From Vicugna vicugna (taxonomy: Eukaryota): a DNA stretch of 64,000 nucleotides. The stretch lies in contig MU058781.1 of the NCBI GenBank assembly GCA_013265495.1, positions 4,713,050-4,777,049 on the forward strand, in the 5' to 3' direction. The position numbers and the translations under genes are program-made. Positions 11,971 through 25,304 of the stretch are shown piece after piece. The notes below the pieces were generated by a model that searched no databases, had not been told where the DNA came from, and saw only the letters and a program-made list of their open reading frames with translations. How positions within the stretch are numbered: the stretch's first letter is position 1; every line of letters begins with the position of its first letter.

Positions 11971-13859
11971 AAGCTCATTGAACTCTGTCTCATAGAAATG
12001 TTGGGAGGAATAAATTTGATAGGTCATATGACATGCTTAGCATCATGCCTGGATCATATAAGTGCTCAATAAATGCTCACTATTATTATCTAACCTCCTT
12101 TTTATGATTATTTGCCCAAGTTGCTAAAGATCTCCTATGGAAGTTTTCTGAGATTAGCCCAAATGCATCAAACCAGAAAGAGGGCCAACTCAACAATCAG
12201 ATGGTTAAGTCGAGAAGGCTGATGACATAAGTACCAAAACCCTAGAGGCAGAAAAAGGTCAAAATCCAAAAAGAAGTCTGGCTAGAAAGTGCTGGGATCA
12301 GATGCCTTGTAAGTGAGACTGGGCCAGCGTGGATCTCCTGGTTACCAGGCTCCCAAATGACAGTCCCCCTGGTCCTAATAGGTCCAGCCGAGGTCTTAAA
12401 TGGAAGACCCGGCAAGACAGCATGTTGGCGGCAGAATCTAGTTGAACATCAAGACCTTACTTCTAGCCCAGTGCCCTTTTCACTACATTAAATTCAATCC
12501 CATCCCATGGGCACTTACTTTGGTTACACTCAGAAGAATCTCCCTAAGTTACCTAAATAAGGCGTGCAGAGGCAAAGCGCCCACTTCTCTCTTCAACGTA
12601 AGTTGGTGGTTACCGTGGGGTGGACAGGAGATAAACTAAGTTCCTATCCACATAGCTTATTCCTATAATGACTGAAGTTTTTACAGATCATGTAAAGGTT
12701 TCTTTTTGTGCATCGAGGAAACTGATCCATCAGCTTAACAAGCTCTCAGCAGTCCCTGTACTTCTGCCCCTTCAAATCAGGGCGAGTGACTGACCCATGA
12801 AGAGCTCCTCCCTCCCCGCATGCGGCTTTCTGGCCACTCCAAAGCCCGGGCGGCGTGCCGCAGCCGGGCCCCTCTGGGAGCGACAGGCCTTCCCAGTGCG
12901 CCCCGCCCACCTCCGTCCACTCTCACCCGCCCTCCTGAGGAACTGGGTCACTCCAGGAAAAGTGTGCAAAGAGCCAGCCCACGCACGCAGCGTGCTGAAT
13001 CATCCGAGAACACGCTCGGCACGGAAGGGTGGGCCTGCGGCACCTGCAGAAGGCTGGGGAACAAACCTGCTGTCCCCTGGGCGACCTCTCTCTCCTGTCG
13101 GCCGAGCCTCTTTGGTGTCCTCAGCTCACGGACCTTACGGCCACACAGGCCACCCCTGGTCACCAGGGTGATGGCAGAAAGCAGGTCTTCTCTTCTCTTC
13201 GTCCTGGGCCTTTTTCTCCCTCCTCTGGGCTTTCTTGGGCTAGTTTTATGCCCGTTACCACCGTCTACCACGTATTAGGGTTGGTATGGGAATTAAGCTG
13301 GTTCGAGTCGAGCCTGGGCCTTTCTGGCTGGGGAATTCGGCAGGCAGCTCCATGACTCTGAGTGGGAATCATAAAGATTTGATAAGATAATACAGAGACA
13401 GTATTGTCTGTGTCTAAAGGACACACCACAGAAGTCGGTATTTTTCCCTTGTCCTGACTCAGAACGCATTCTCATTCTTCTCCCTCAGTGCCTGACACAG
13501 GGCCCCACCCACGGTCGCCACCTGAATTACTTTACCCAATTAATTAGCCTACCCTTGAGTTTTCCCAGGGCCGGTCCCACTGCACCGCCACTTAACGCTG
13601 TAAGTGACCACCAGCAAAATCTATGCAGGCTGCATGTTCTAAATAAAATCCTTACCTACCGACATGAATTCAGAGTTGTTTTTTGGGTTTTTTTTTTTTA
13701 ATTGAAGTATAGTCAGTTTACAATGTTGTGTCAATAAGAGTTACATTTTCTTTTGAACATAGAGACTGGTTTATATTAGCATCCACTGACCCTGAGAACA
13801 CTTTTAATAACCAAGAGGCATGAGCTGAGACCATTCTGCCTTCAGCAACCCAAGTTTTA

Positions 13860-14116
13860 CTTTTTTTTTTTAATTGACTTTCATTTTTTAATTGACTTTT
13901 TATTTGATTTTTGTCAATTTATAATGTTGTGTTAGCTTCCAGTGTATAGCATAGTGATTCATTTATACATATATATATTTCTTTTCATATTCTTTTTCAT
14001 TATAGGCCATTACAAGGTATTGAATATAGTTCACTGTGCTATAGAGTAGGACCTTGTTTATATGGTGTGTGTGTGTGTATGTTTTTGGGGTGGGGGTGGT
14101 AATTAGGTTGGTTGGT

Positions 14117-14147
<31 letters not shown>

Positions 14148-14589
14148 GTGGAGGTGCTGGGGATTGAACTAAGGACCCTGTGCATGCTAAGCACACACTC
14201 TACCACTGAGCTATACTCTTCCCACCCAGGACCTTGTTGTTTCTTTATTTTATATAGAGTAGTTAGTATCTATAAATCCCAAACTCCCAATTTATACCCC
14301 CTCTACTCCCTTTCCCCTCTGGTAACCATAAGTTTGTTTTCTATGTCTGTGAGTCTGTCTCTGTTTTGTAAATAAGTTCATTTGTGTCTTGTTTGTTTGT
14401 TTGTTTAGATTCCAAATATAAGTGATACCATGTGGTATTTTTCTTTCTCTTTCTGGCTTACTTCACTTAGTGTGACAGTCTTCAGATCCATCCATGTTGC
14501 TGCAAATGACATTTTTAGGGCTGAGTAGTATTCCCTTGTGTATATATAGCAAACTTCTTCATCCAGTCATCTGTCGGTGGACATTTAGG
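13860..14589 (-). mobile_element. 5'-truncated L1 3' end with TSD
   Basis: Poly-T followed by the L1 3'UTR reverse complement ('ggtattgaatatagttcactgtgctata', 'ctggcttacttcacttag', 'atccatgttgctgcaaatg'). TSD tcagcaacccaa(g/a)tttta at 13842-13859 and 14590-14607. Confidence 0.92.
14059..14227 (-). mobile_element. tRNA-Ala-derived SINE (vic-1-like) nested in L1
   Basis: Reverse complement of a tRNA-Ala-like head ('gtatagctcagtggtagag...tgcttagcatgcac...ttcaatccccagcacctcca'). TSD aggaccttgtt at 14048-14058 and 14228-14238. Confidence 0.9.
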
Positions 14590-15152
14590 TCAGCAACCCA
14601 AATTTTAAAATGAATTATTCCCACACAAGTCTCTGTATCTCTTCCCCACCTTAATTATGCTGGCTCTTAACATGTGGAAGCAGAAAAATTTGGTTGGTTT
14701 GAGTCAACTGGGCAGCTTAACTGACACAAAAGAAGACTTTATTTCCTGGGTTAATGGTATCAGTGCCTCCCAGGGAGACAAGGATGCCAGTGGGGGAGGG
14801 AATGTCCTAGTTCAAAGGAGCTTTCTAGAGATGGACTCTGGTCTTGAAGTCGCTGAAGGTTTCTTCCAAAAGGTGATCTAGCTGGAGGTAGTGCCAGGTG
14901 TCTGCGACCCAGCTGCCCACACTGTGCCATGCCCTCTGCCCGGGACCAGGGTACTGGTGGTTAAGGAGCTGTAGAAAAGCCGTGTGATCTTCAATTATTG
15001 GGAGAGGAGGTGGGAGGGAGAAAGGGGACTCTGGTAGCTCTCTAATGTCCAACCCTGGACAGAGTGTGCCTGACAGGCGGAGCAAAGCAGTTTCAGTGCC
15101 AGAACTTGCCAGATCATCTGACGCACTGGGATCTTATGGACCCACACTAAGC

Positions 15153-15939
15153 CTGCCCATGTCCCCATGGTAACTCGTGGATGGACCTGTGATGAGGCTG
15201 GGTGTTCTCTAATAAAATGTCACCTGATGATTCCTGAGGATAAATAACAGTGTATGATTTTCCATATTCAGACACTTGTCCTTTGGCTGAACAGGAAGGC
15301 AGTTTGCTTTGCTATTGGCCCAAGCCTCTGGGTTTCTAAGCCCTTTTGTATCTTGGAACATTTTGTATGAGAACTTGGCAGCAGAAGGCCTGGCCTCAGT
15401 AAGAGAACCTGGGAGCCCGTGTGCACAGACTTCCCGAAATAGAGACACAAAGAGAGCGGAGGCCTCCTGAGCTTGGCCAGCGTTCTAAGGCAGTGGAGGT
15501 GTTTGTGGTCAGCTTGAAAGCACAGCTGAGCAGCCCTGGACCCTACTGCCCATGTCCCCATGGTAACTCGTGGGATGGACCTGTGATGAGGCTGGGTGTT
15601 CTCTAATAAAATGTCACCTGATGATTCCTGAGGATAAATAACAGTGTATGATTTTCCATATTCAGACGCTTGTCCTTTGGCTGAACAGGAAGGCAGTTTG
15701 CTTTGCTATTGGCCCAAGCCTCTGGGTTTCTAAGCCCTTTTGTATCTTGGAACATTTTGTATGAGAACTTGGCAGCAGAAGGCCTGGCCTCAGTAAGAGA
15801 ACCTGGGAGCCCGTGTGCACAGACTTCCCGAAATAGAGACACAAAGAGAGCGGAGGCCTCCTGAGCTTGGCCAGCGTTCTAAGGCAGTGGAGGTGTTTGT
15901 GGTCAGCTTGAAAGCACAGCTGAGCAGCCCTGGACCCTA
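15153..15939. repeat. Tandem duplication, 2 x ~394 bp
   Basis: Unit 1 (15153-15545) and unit 2 (15546-15939) differ, by eye, only in a 1-bp indel (ctcgtgg/ctcgtggg) and one substitution (cagacac/cagacgc). This is mirrored in the near-identical 79-aa ORFs. Confidence 0.97.
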
Positions 15940-15941
15940 GA

Positions 15942-16740
15942 GTGTTAATTTCCCAGGGCTGCTGGAACAAAGCCCCCAAACTGGGTGCTTTAAAACAGCA
16001 GAAATTTATTCTCTCAAAGTTCTGCCAATGAGAAGTCCAAGGTTGTGCTCTCTCTGTAGGAGAGGTTGGGTTCCCTGCCTTCCTCTTAGCTTCTGGTGTG
16101 GCCAGCAACTTTGGGCATCCCTTGACCAGGAGATGCGTCATTCCAGCCTCCACCTCCGTCTCCACAAGGTGTTCTCCCTCTGTGTGTGTCGGTCTCTTCT
16201 TGTATGGACACTAGCCACACTGGATTGGGGCCCACCCTGCTCCAGGTCAACTCCATCTTATCTAATTACATCTGGAATAGCCCGTTTCCAGGTCAGGTCA
16301 CATCCTGAGGGACTGGAGGTTAGGACTTTGTCTTAGTCTGCTCTGAAGACACAACAAAGTACCATGGACAGGGTGGCTTATAAACAACAGGAATGTATTT
16401 CTCACAGTTCTGGAGGTTGGGAAGCCCAATATCAAAGTGCCAGTTGGGCCCGTTTCTGGGGAGGAATCTCTTCCCAGTTTGCAGATGGCCTCCGTCTCTC
16501 ACAAGGTGGAGAGAGAACAAGAGAGAGCTCTCTGACCCCTCTTCTTATAAGGGCACTAATTCCATCATGAGAGGCCCACCCTCAGACCTCATCTAAGCCT
16601 AAACACCTCCCAAAGACCTCACCTCCAAACACCATCACATGGGAGGTGATTAGGGCTTCAACATATGAATTTTCAGAGGATACAAACATCCAGCCCATAA
16701 GGGACTTCCACATGTCATTTGGGGGTGCCCTGGGTACACA
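15942..16740 (-). mobile_element. MLT1C-like LTR, interrupted by a second MLT1
   Basis: Begins 'ttcccagggctgctggaacaaag...aaactgggtgctttaaaacagcagaaatttattctctc' and resumes after 16707 with 'ccacatgtcatttggggg'. Confidence 0.8.
16329..16702 (-). mobile_element. MLT1A-like LTR nested in the MLT1C-like LTR
   Basis: Runs from 'tgtcttagtctgctc' to 'acaaacatccagcccataa'. 5-bp TSD gactt at 16324-16328 and 16703-16707, the length typical of MaLR. Confidence 0.85.
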
Positions 16741-18989
16741 CACCTGAGCAGCCACAGGGATCAGGATCAGGAGGGACAGAGATGCACAGCCTGAGCTAAA
16801 TCCTTCAGTGGGAGGAGAGTCACAACCCCTAACACAGGAATTGTTATCGCCCCAGCCTCCCCACATTAGTCTTTCAATGACTCGACCATTTGATACTGAA
16901 ATCTGCATGGGGTGCACCCCAACTTTTAGGGGGCTGGAGTTAATCCAGGAGGGTCATCTCCTCTCCTCCCACAGAAAACACAGCCAGCTAAAGCAGAGGG
17001 GTCTCACTCAGGGGAAGGCCGGCCAACTCAGGCAGTGCTCCTAGAAGCTGGTACAGTCTCCCCAACTGGAAACGACCCTCGGGGGGCACAGCCAGGCCAG
17101 GCTAACTGGTTTCCCTCCTCAGTGTCCCCGTCACAGACCAGCGCCCTGTTCACCTTGTCCACATGAGTCCCGCCTGTCCAGGGGATGCTCCACAACTTCC
17201 ACTTCATGCTGGCAGTCCCCGCCCACTGCCCCCACCCCGAAGATCACATGATGGGGCCGAAGGCCTTCCCAAAGGATGGGCTCCCTCAGCTGGGTCAGCT
17301 CTCCAGCCCTCCCCTCGATCCGCCCTCCCTCTGCCCCGGGTATTTAAGTAGGCACGGCTTTGTTTGGAAACACTGTGCTCACCACTATTAATAATACATG
17401 GAGAGGCGCCCGTCTCCAAGGAACTCCAAGTGCTTCGCAGGCATTATCTAATTAGCCCTCACCCAAAGCCCTGCTCCTGCAGAACCATCAGGGGAACAGC
17501 AGCTGATTCAGAGCTGTGGCGGGATCGAGATACCCCTGGGGCTCTCGGCGAGGGCACAAGGCGCAGTGCTGACCCAGGAGGTGGGCTGACACCGCTTCCA
17601 GTGAAAAGACTATTGTAAAACTCTCCTCTTGCTTCCCCCTCCCCCACCCCGTCCCAAACTGGGAAACTGGGTCAAAGGAATGATTTGCAAAACCCCAGAA
17701 GGGCATTCCTTGACAACTTGTCCAGGTAAGTCACCATCCCCAGGCACACTGCCACATGCCAGTCAGGGCCCTCAAGATGACGACCCTTGTCACAGGCTCA
17801 CTCTCTGCTTTTCCATCCCTGGGTGCCCCCCCAACCCCTTCTACACCTACTCCAGCTTCTCTTGATGGGGCCACCAAAAGTGGGAGGGGGAACTGGAGGG
17901 GAGCAGTCAGTGCCATCCCTTCGGGGATCCATCTTCCCTTGAACGTTCCCCATCTCCCCGCCTCACACACGGCCTGTCTCTGCGGTACCCACAATAGCCA
18001 GAGTGCTCGCAGCCCACGAGACTAGGCCCCCAGCCTCCCTGCAGAAGGCCCAACAGGCCTCACAGGTGTGCGCAGGCTCCTCGTACATCCAACTAACTAA
18101 TTTCCCCCATGCACCTGACTCAGCGCCTTCCTCCCACCTTGAAAGTATCCTCTGCATATCTGGGGACACATAAGGGGAATGCTAATTCCTTTATCCACTC
18201 AAAAATCCTCTGTGGAAGATAGGGCTGGAATTTTTATCTGCACTTTACAAATTAGCAAAATGAGGCCGAATTGACTGTGGGATTTGCCTGGGGTCGGACA
18301 GTTTACAGATAACAAAACCCTGAAGGGAACCCTGAACATTATGCTTCCAGAAAGGAATGCTTTGCTATCAGGCTGTGGTCTCAGCCCACCTGCCCCTCTC
18401 GGAGAGTTCAGAGAGCTCATGTTACTGACACCTTTACAGAACCAAAACTCTGTGTCATCTGTGAGGAAACAGACCACTGACACGAGTGTGAAATGAAAGC
18501 ACAAACAAGAGAAAGGAACAGTTTCCCCTAGGAGACTACCTGGAAAATCAGAACCATTTCTGTCAACCTGCATTTGGGGAGAGCAGAATAGGATCAGAGT
18601 GGTAAACAGAGTCAGCAATTTCCAGAACTGACAAGGGTTGATGTTAAGGTTTTACGTAAGTAGAAGTCAAAGAAGTGTTACGATAATTCTTACGTAGCAT
18701 ACGGCGGTTACAAACGCGCAATGTGCTTTCCCATGGGTTATTTCATCCAACTGTACAAAGATCCAGCATGATGGATACAGTCATTCCTATTTTTACAGTT
18801 GGGAAAACCGCGGCTCAAAGATTCCTTGCCTAGAGACACAGAGCTGGTAAACTTCAATCACACTCCAATCCGGATGTTCAGCCACAGCGTTGGTGTTCTT
18901 TCCAGTTCATCACAGCCACCTCCCAAAATCCTTTTGTTATGATCGCATAAGTATCCCCTTGAGTATTTGTGGATGACCTTTCTGCATCC

Positions 18990-19885
18990 GCTCCTGCTGA
19001 GTCAGCCGTCATTGCTGTTCACTGACACAGCTGCCCTCTCTTTCCAGGCCTGCAGGGGGACTGCACTTTCCTGCCTCCTTGAAGGCAGACGTCACCATTC
19101 AGCTTGTTTTCCCCAATGAAAGGCACGCAGAAGTGGTGCGTGTCATTTCCAGGTGGAAACATTTAACTGCTGGCACCAAACTCTCCAGCTTTCATTCCCT
19201 GTGACAGTTGTAGTGAAAGCTCCTGCACAGACTGAGCCTCCATCAGCCTGGGTCCAGGAGCAACCCCCACGAGCAGAGCCTTCCTGTTGAACCTGCATCA
19301 AACTTGAGCAAGAAATGTCTCTGTTGCTTCAAATCACTAAGATGTTGGGTTTGTTTGTTACTGCAGCATGACCTGTTCTATCCTGACTGTTGCACTACCC
19401 AGAATTTCCTTTGGAGAATCTGCCCAGCCTCGAGGAGTCTTGGGTGGGACTGAATCTACCCCCAGCTCTAAAGGATAGATTCCACTGGCATCTAGCCATC
19501 AGTAAAATATGATCCCTTGTGCCACAGTGCTTGGTTTTAAGTGTGGATAATAACCTGGGTCCATGCCAATTAATTCCTAGGATTTATTTAGAGCAGTTCA
19601 GGGATGAACCAACCAGTCTGAAAGTAAAAAACTGTTCAACAGTTAGGAAGCAGTGCTTTCTCCCCTTCGATGACAGCAAGACCCTGTCACTGAGGGTGAC
19701 CACCTTGCAAATGAAAGACAAAGGTGAACCATGGGCTAGGGCAAAACCTGCAGGTCCTAGACAGGAAGAGCAGAAGCCCGCTGTCAGCTCTGGACTTTCA
19801 GAGACGAGCCATTAAGTCCCCTATTCGCAAAGCCAGGCAGAGGTCAGCTTTCTCTTACTTGAAATTAAAAAATAACCTTTAACAG
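18990..19885 (+). mobile_element. Two adjacent old MLT1 LTR remnants
   Basis: First ends 'tcactaagatgttgggtttgtttgttactgcagcatgacctgttctatcctgact' (~19390). Second ends 'ctctggactttcagagacgagccattaagtccc...ttctcttacttg'. Confidence 0.65.
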
Positions 19886-20071
19886 ATAGTTTTAAACAGC
19901 TCCCTCCTTAGAATAATAACCTATTGATTTACTGATGGATAAAATATTAGAAGAACTTCTACAATCAGTCCTGAATCTTTTGGGGGCTTACATTTTGACT
20001 TTTGTGGGGTGGCAGATATTCCTTAGGAAGGCAACAGAAATGAAGTCTGGAGTAAAAGATTTTAAAGAACA

Positions 20072-20306
20072 TATGAGTTCGGGATTTGCAGATACTAACT
20101 ACTATATATAAAACAAGTTTCTACAGGGAACTATATTCAATATCTTGCAGTAACCCAAAAGGGAAAAAAATATGAAAAGGAATATATGTATGTACATACA
20201 TGACTGAAACATTATGCTGTACACAAGAAATTGACACAAAATAGTAAACTGACTATACTTCAATTTAAACAAAATTAAAAATTAATTTTAAAAAAGAAAA
20301 AAAAAA
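20072..20306 (+). mobile_element. Short L1 3' end
   Basis: Contains 'gggatttgcagatactaactactatatataaaac', 'acagggaactatattcaatatctt' and 'gtaaactgactatacttcaat', then an A-rich tail. Confidence 0.9.
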
Positions 20307-22249
20307 GGATGGTGTAACTGGCTCTTTTTACAGATGAAGGACTAAGGCACAGAAAGGTACGGTCACTTCCCCTGGACATTCTGAGCTGCCCAGCTCCTGC
20401 TGACCTCTGATCCCGTGGGTTGTGCAGTCTCAGGGTTGTTCTGGGGATTAAAAGGAGATAACGTGTGTAAAGCTCCTATCATAGTGGTTGGCAGTGTGGA
20501 TAACCAACAATTGCTAAAGGCTTTTATCAGTGACTCACATTTCAGTCTTGGGGGGGGGATAAATACTTGACACTCCCCTTATCAGTTATTACATTACAGA
20601 GAGAACCCGCCCAGAGCAAAGAAGGCGCCAGGCCCTTGAGCTTGACCCAGTGACCAGCCACAGCCATCTGCAGAGAGGCGGGTTGACCCTGACCCGAGTC
20701 CCACGTGGCGCCAGGGGTCACGCAGGGGCATGTGTACCAAGCACACTGGGTGTCAAGAGTCAATCCTCACAAGGAACCGGCACCTGTAACTGTGTCCTAA
20801 GGTGACTGGGAGTCCTGTAAGATGCCGAGCAGCTTTGCTGCTGAAATTCTGAGGCACACTGGGTCACTAACGGCCCAGGACAGGCAGCACCCCCACAGAG
20901 AATCACTGAGAATGGACACCCAGAGGCTCAGCACCTCCTGGGGATGGGACAGAGCAGGCCAGAGTGGGGACAGGCTTGTTGGCAGCAGAACACTCCTGAG
21001 CATCCTCAGAAATACCTAGTGGAGGTTCTGCAGGGCCTAGAGGTGCTGACAAAACCACAGGACAAGGGCCCCTGGTGCAGCGGTGGCTGCAGTAAGTGAC
21101 AGGGACCCCACACGTACAGGGGACACTGGCCACAGGCGCAAGGCCCAGCCCTGGTTTAATAAGCAGCGGCAGGAGCAGAGCTTCCACCTCCTGGGCGCAG
21201 GCGGGACGGAGCCCTGAGTGAGAAGAGAAGCCCGGGCCACCAAAGGCAACTGTGATCGCTTCCCCTTTTGTTCGAGGCCAGCCCTGGGTGTATCTTTTGG
21301 GTCCTGGTGTTCTAAGGTCTTGGAGCAAATGAGTAACCAACATAACCCCACCCCCTCAAATGAGTATAAAATAAATGGCAAGTGTCTATCGCTGCTTCTC
21401 TTCCAAGTGTGAATCTCCTCCCAAAACCAGCTGGACCACAGATATTCAGATGGGTCATCCAAAGAGCAGAGGCTTTGAGCTGGACTCAGAGGATAGAGAG
21501 GGACCCTCTCCTTGCCGGCTGTGCAGCGGTGGGTTCATCTCTCATTCTCCTTATTTATGAACTGAAGGTAATATAACTCCTATGCTACCATGCCCATCTC
21601 ATTGTGAGGATTAAATGAGACCATGAAAAAGGAAAGGGTTTTATCAGATGCCAAAGGGCTGAAAGGCCTTCATAATTCCTATTAGCCCAATGCTTCTCTG
21701 TGGTTGATGGACAGAAGATGACCAAATTCCCAAGTGAAGCCAAAGTCTCTTGAACCCACCCCCTCAAAGAGCCAAGCAGCAGCCCTCTCTTTCCCCAACA
21801 AATGCATTTTTTTAAGCAACAAATTCATGGGATTTATCTAATCGCCACTTTGCTCAAGCAAATCATTTTTCCAATCTAAATTCAGTAGCAGCTGCGGCAA
21901 GTGTAAAATGACTTCCTCTTAATGCTTTGCTGTGGTGACAGGAAGAAAATGAGACAAAGTGTAAAGGTGTGCTCTATATTTCATCCCATGTTCTATAAAA
22001 ACCCCAAACACAATAATCCTCTGCAATTGCTTCCAGAGGCAGATGGGCCCGAGGGCGGGAAGGTGGGAGGCAAGCAGCCAGGCTGGGGGGCTGGCACTCA
22101 GAGGGCAGCTCTGGAGGCAGTGACGAAGGGGCAGAGGAAGGCGGGCATGGGATCATAGGTCACAGGTCAGCGTGGCCATCGTCCGCACCCCACCCACATT
22201 CACACATCATCACCCGCCATCCACATCCTCTCTTCCTTCTCAGGAAAGT

Positions 22250-22637
22250 CCACTCTTGGGAAAGGTTCTAATAGGCGTCTGGGGCCGCAGCATGAGGTCA
22301 CCATCCTCCATGTGGGTGGGGGCCCCAGTTCCTGCCGAACAACTCAGAGATACAGGTCAGACTGCTAGACACATCCCGGGAGGAGGAACTGGGACTGTTT
22401 TATCGCTGAGCTGTTGTTTCTTGACTACTTTTCCTTTGTTTCCACATTCCCTCACTTCCCTAATTAGTAACTCCTTGAATCTGCTCTTTGGAACTCAGAA
22501 AAGGCCTACAACACTAAAGGCTTTTTCTGCAAACAAGAGTCTCTGTTTAAAAAATAAAAAAGAGTGTGTGTTGCGGGGGAGGGGACACAAAAGGGCTTTT
22601 GCACCCTGAAGTCCCTGCAGGGTCCTGCCTGGTCTCA
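22250..22637 (-). mobile_element. Partial ERV1-type LTR related to 23198-23730
   Basis: Shares 'ttgtttcttgact', 'gaatctgc(t/c)cttt...aactcag' and a terminal 'ggtcctgc...tca' with the 23198 copy. Left boundary unclear. Confidence 0.7.
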
Positions 22638-23197
22638 GTCCCTCCTTTTCTTTGATACTCTTCCATCCCGAGGGCCACGGGGGCGGGACAGGACAGGGAA
22701 TGAAGTTCTGGAGAGAGAGGTTAATCACAAACTCAGCAGAGGCACTCAGGGTTAGGGGAACTAGGTTTCAATGCCAACTTCAGGAGAGCAGGGCTGAGGG
22801 GCACACGGGACTTCTTTGGACATTCTTTTCACAACTTCCCATAAATCGATCTTTATTTCAAAACGAGACAGTTAAGGTAAAAGGCACCAGGTTCTCTGGT
22901 GTCTTCCTCCTTCGTTAGAGCAGCCTGTCATTGCTCTCTGCGGGCCTTCTAACTCTTCCTCTTCAAACTCAGCTCCTGCATCGTGTGCGGCACAAAGTAC
23001 ACACTCAATAAATGTTTTTGTTAACGAGTCAACGAATGGTCCCCGTTATTTCTGTGATAAAGAAAGAGGCTGTGGGATCAATAAACCAACATAATTCAGC
23101 AGTTAAAAGCATGCACTTAAAGTCAGGCTGCCTGATGCGGGCTGCTCTAGCTGTGTGACTTTCTGAGTCCCATTTGCTCACCCTCAAGTAGGAATAG

Positions 23198-23730
23198 CGT
23201 TACCGAAAGAAAGTCCGTGTTCCCGATGCCCAGTGAGGCCAAACAAAGTAAAACATCAGAGTTTGGATCAGAGAAAGTTTTTGCAGCGCCAAGCAAGGAG
23301 AACTGGTGGCTCGTGCCCAAAAATCTCAAACTCCACGATGGTTTTTTGGGAAAAGTTTTTTATAAGTAAAATTTGGGGTGAGGGCTGCCAGGTGTGTGAC
23401 TTTCTTCTGATTGGCTGGTGGTGAGGTAACAGGGTGGCGTCCCAGGAATCTTGTGTCCAGCCTGAAGTTGCCAGCCTCACCTGGGTGGGGATCTTAGCAG
23501 AACTCAAAGGTATCGTGACGTACATTCATTGAGGAGGAAGCAGGACCCTGCCCCAAGGCTGCACTCTTGTTTCTTGACTGATCCTCCCTCCCTTAGCAAC
23601 TGTGTGAATCTGCCCTTTGAAACTCAGGGAAGGTCAAGGAGGCTGAAGGAAGTCTGTTTCCTACAAAGAAGAAATGGGGGACACGGAAAGGATTTGTGCC
23701 GGGGAGGACCCCACAGGTCCTGCTGTTTCA
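23198..23730 (-). mobile_element. ERV1-type solo LTR inserted into a MIR
   Basis: 4-bp TSD atag at 23194-23197 and 23731-23734. Termini (c)gtta...ttca. Minus-strand TATA ('tttttataag') and CCAAT ('gattgg'). The MIR core continues across the insertion. Confidence 0.85.
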
Positions 23731-23789
23731 ATAGTATTGACATCATAGGGTTGTTGGAAGGACGAAATGAGCTAATTCACTGAGACACA

Positions 23790-24620
23790 GTAGGAAATGT
23801 CCATTTCATCTTCTCCCCAGTTCCCGACACAGAATTTCTATAGTGCTTGGGACTTCCTGAGTGATAGGGGCTTTCTTTGTAACTCGTAACAAGCCCTTTT
23901 CAACAAAACCTAAGTTTATGCAAATGAGGTGGCACTTGGTGGGCCCCCGGATAGCTTGGGGATGGAGGCTGAGTGCCAGAGGAACCAATGGTGTGATCAG
24001 AGGGTCCCTCTCCCAGCCCCACCCCCAGCCTCCTGGGAAGTAAGGAAGATGGAGTTCAGTCACCAATAGCCGCGATTTGACCAATCATGCCCGCATAATA
24101 AAAACCCCATGAAGACCCCCAAATGATGGGTTCTGAGAGTCTCCAGGTTGGTGAACATATCAAAGTGCTGGGAAGATGACGTGCCCACAGAGGGTATGGA
24201 AGCCCCATGCACTGGTCCACCCCCCATACCCTTGCCTTACGAATCTCATCCATTGGCTGATCCCGAGTCGTAGCCTTTTTAATAAACTGGTAATGGTAAG
24301 TAACTTGCCCTGAGTTCTGTGAGCCGTTCTAGCAACTATCAAAGCTGAGGAAGGGGTTGTAGGGACTCTAATTTACAGCTGGTTGTTCAGAAGTGCAGGT
24401 CACAACGTGGGACTTGCAACCGAAGTGGAGGGAGGAGGTGAGGGGGGCAGTTTTGCAGGCCTGAGCCCTTAACCTGTGGTGTCTGCACTAAGGCAGGTAG
24501 TTAATGTTAGAATTGGACTGAACTGTAGGACAGCCAGCTTGTGGCCAGAGAGTTGGAGAACTGGTTGGTGTGAGGAAGAGCCCCACACATTTGATGTCAG
24601 AAGTATCGGGAGTGGAAATA
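23790..24620 (+). mobile_element. MER21-like LTR
   Basis: Characteristic 'gtttatgcaaatgaggtg', 'ccaatcatgcc', 'aataaactggtaatggtaagt', 'ctgagttctgtgagccgttctagcaa' and 'ccccacacatttgatgtcagaagt'. Confidence 0.85.
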
Positions 24621-24802
24621 GTTCAGATGAACAAAAGCAACTTGGCACAGTGCCTGGGCATGCAGTAAGCTCTCAGTCTTGGCTATTATCATCTCTGGAA
24701 TGCCTTTGTGACCTGCCTCCACCCCTAACCCTGACCCCACTCTCCCCACGTGGATGCCAAACCTCTAGTGCTCCCCCCATAGCATCATCTTACCACCCTC
24801 GG

Positions 24803-25300
24803 TCCCAGTTACCTCCTACTGGGCAGCAAACCACCCCAAGACCAGTGGCTGAAAATAATGACCCCATGTATTTTGTTCTTGAATCTGCACTTGGGCAGGC
24901 TCAACAAGGATAGATTTCCTCTGCTCTAGTTGGCGTCAGCCGGGGTGGCTCAGAGGCTGGGGGCTGGAATCTAAGGCCACGTTCACTCCTGTGGCCAGTG
25001 CTAGGTGCAGGCTGACGACTGGGCGCTTGGCTGGGGCTCCCCATCAGAACAACGGACATGCGGACTCCACAGGTCCCTTGGGCTTCCTCTTAACACGGCA
25101 AGTGTCCCTACAGAAAAGAGCCCAGTAGGAGCCCTGATCCCTTTAGTGACCTAACTTGCAAGTCACACAGAGTTATTCCTTCCAGTCTATTCTTTGATCA
25201 GGTCATAAAGGTCCTCCAAGCTCAAGTGCAGAGAAAATAGACCCCCCCTCTTGATGGGCCAGTGGCAGGTTCTGGAAAAGAGTGTGGGGCCAGAAATAAT
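24803..25300 (-). mobile_element. MLT1F/G/H-like LTR
   Basis: Contains 'aaaccaccccaagaccagtggct', 'gaatctgcacttgggcaggctc' and 'caagtcacacag...tctattctttgatcaggtcataaagg'. Confidence 0.7.
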
Positions 25301-25304
25301 ACTG

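Noticed and set aside
15209..15842. Duplicated 79-aa 'gene pair'
   Set aside because: A by-product of the tandem duplication with no coding signature.
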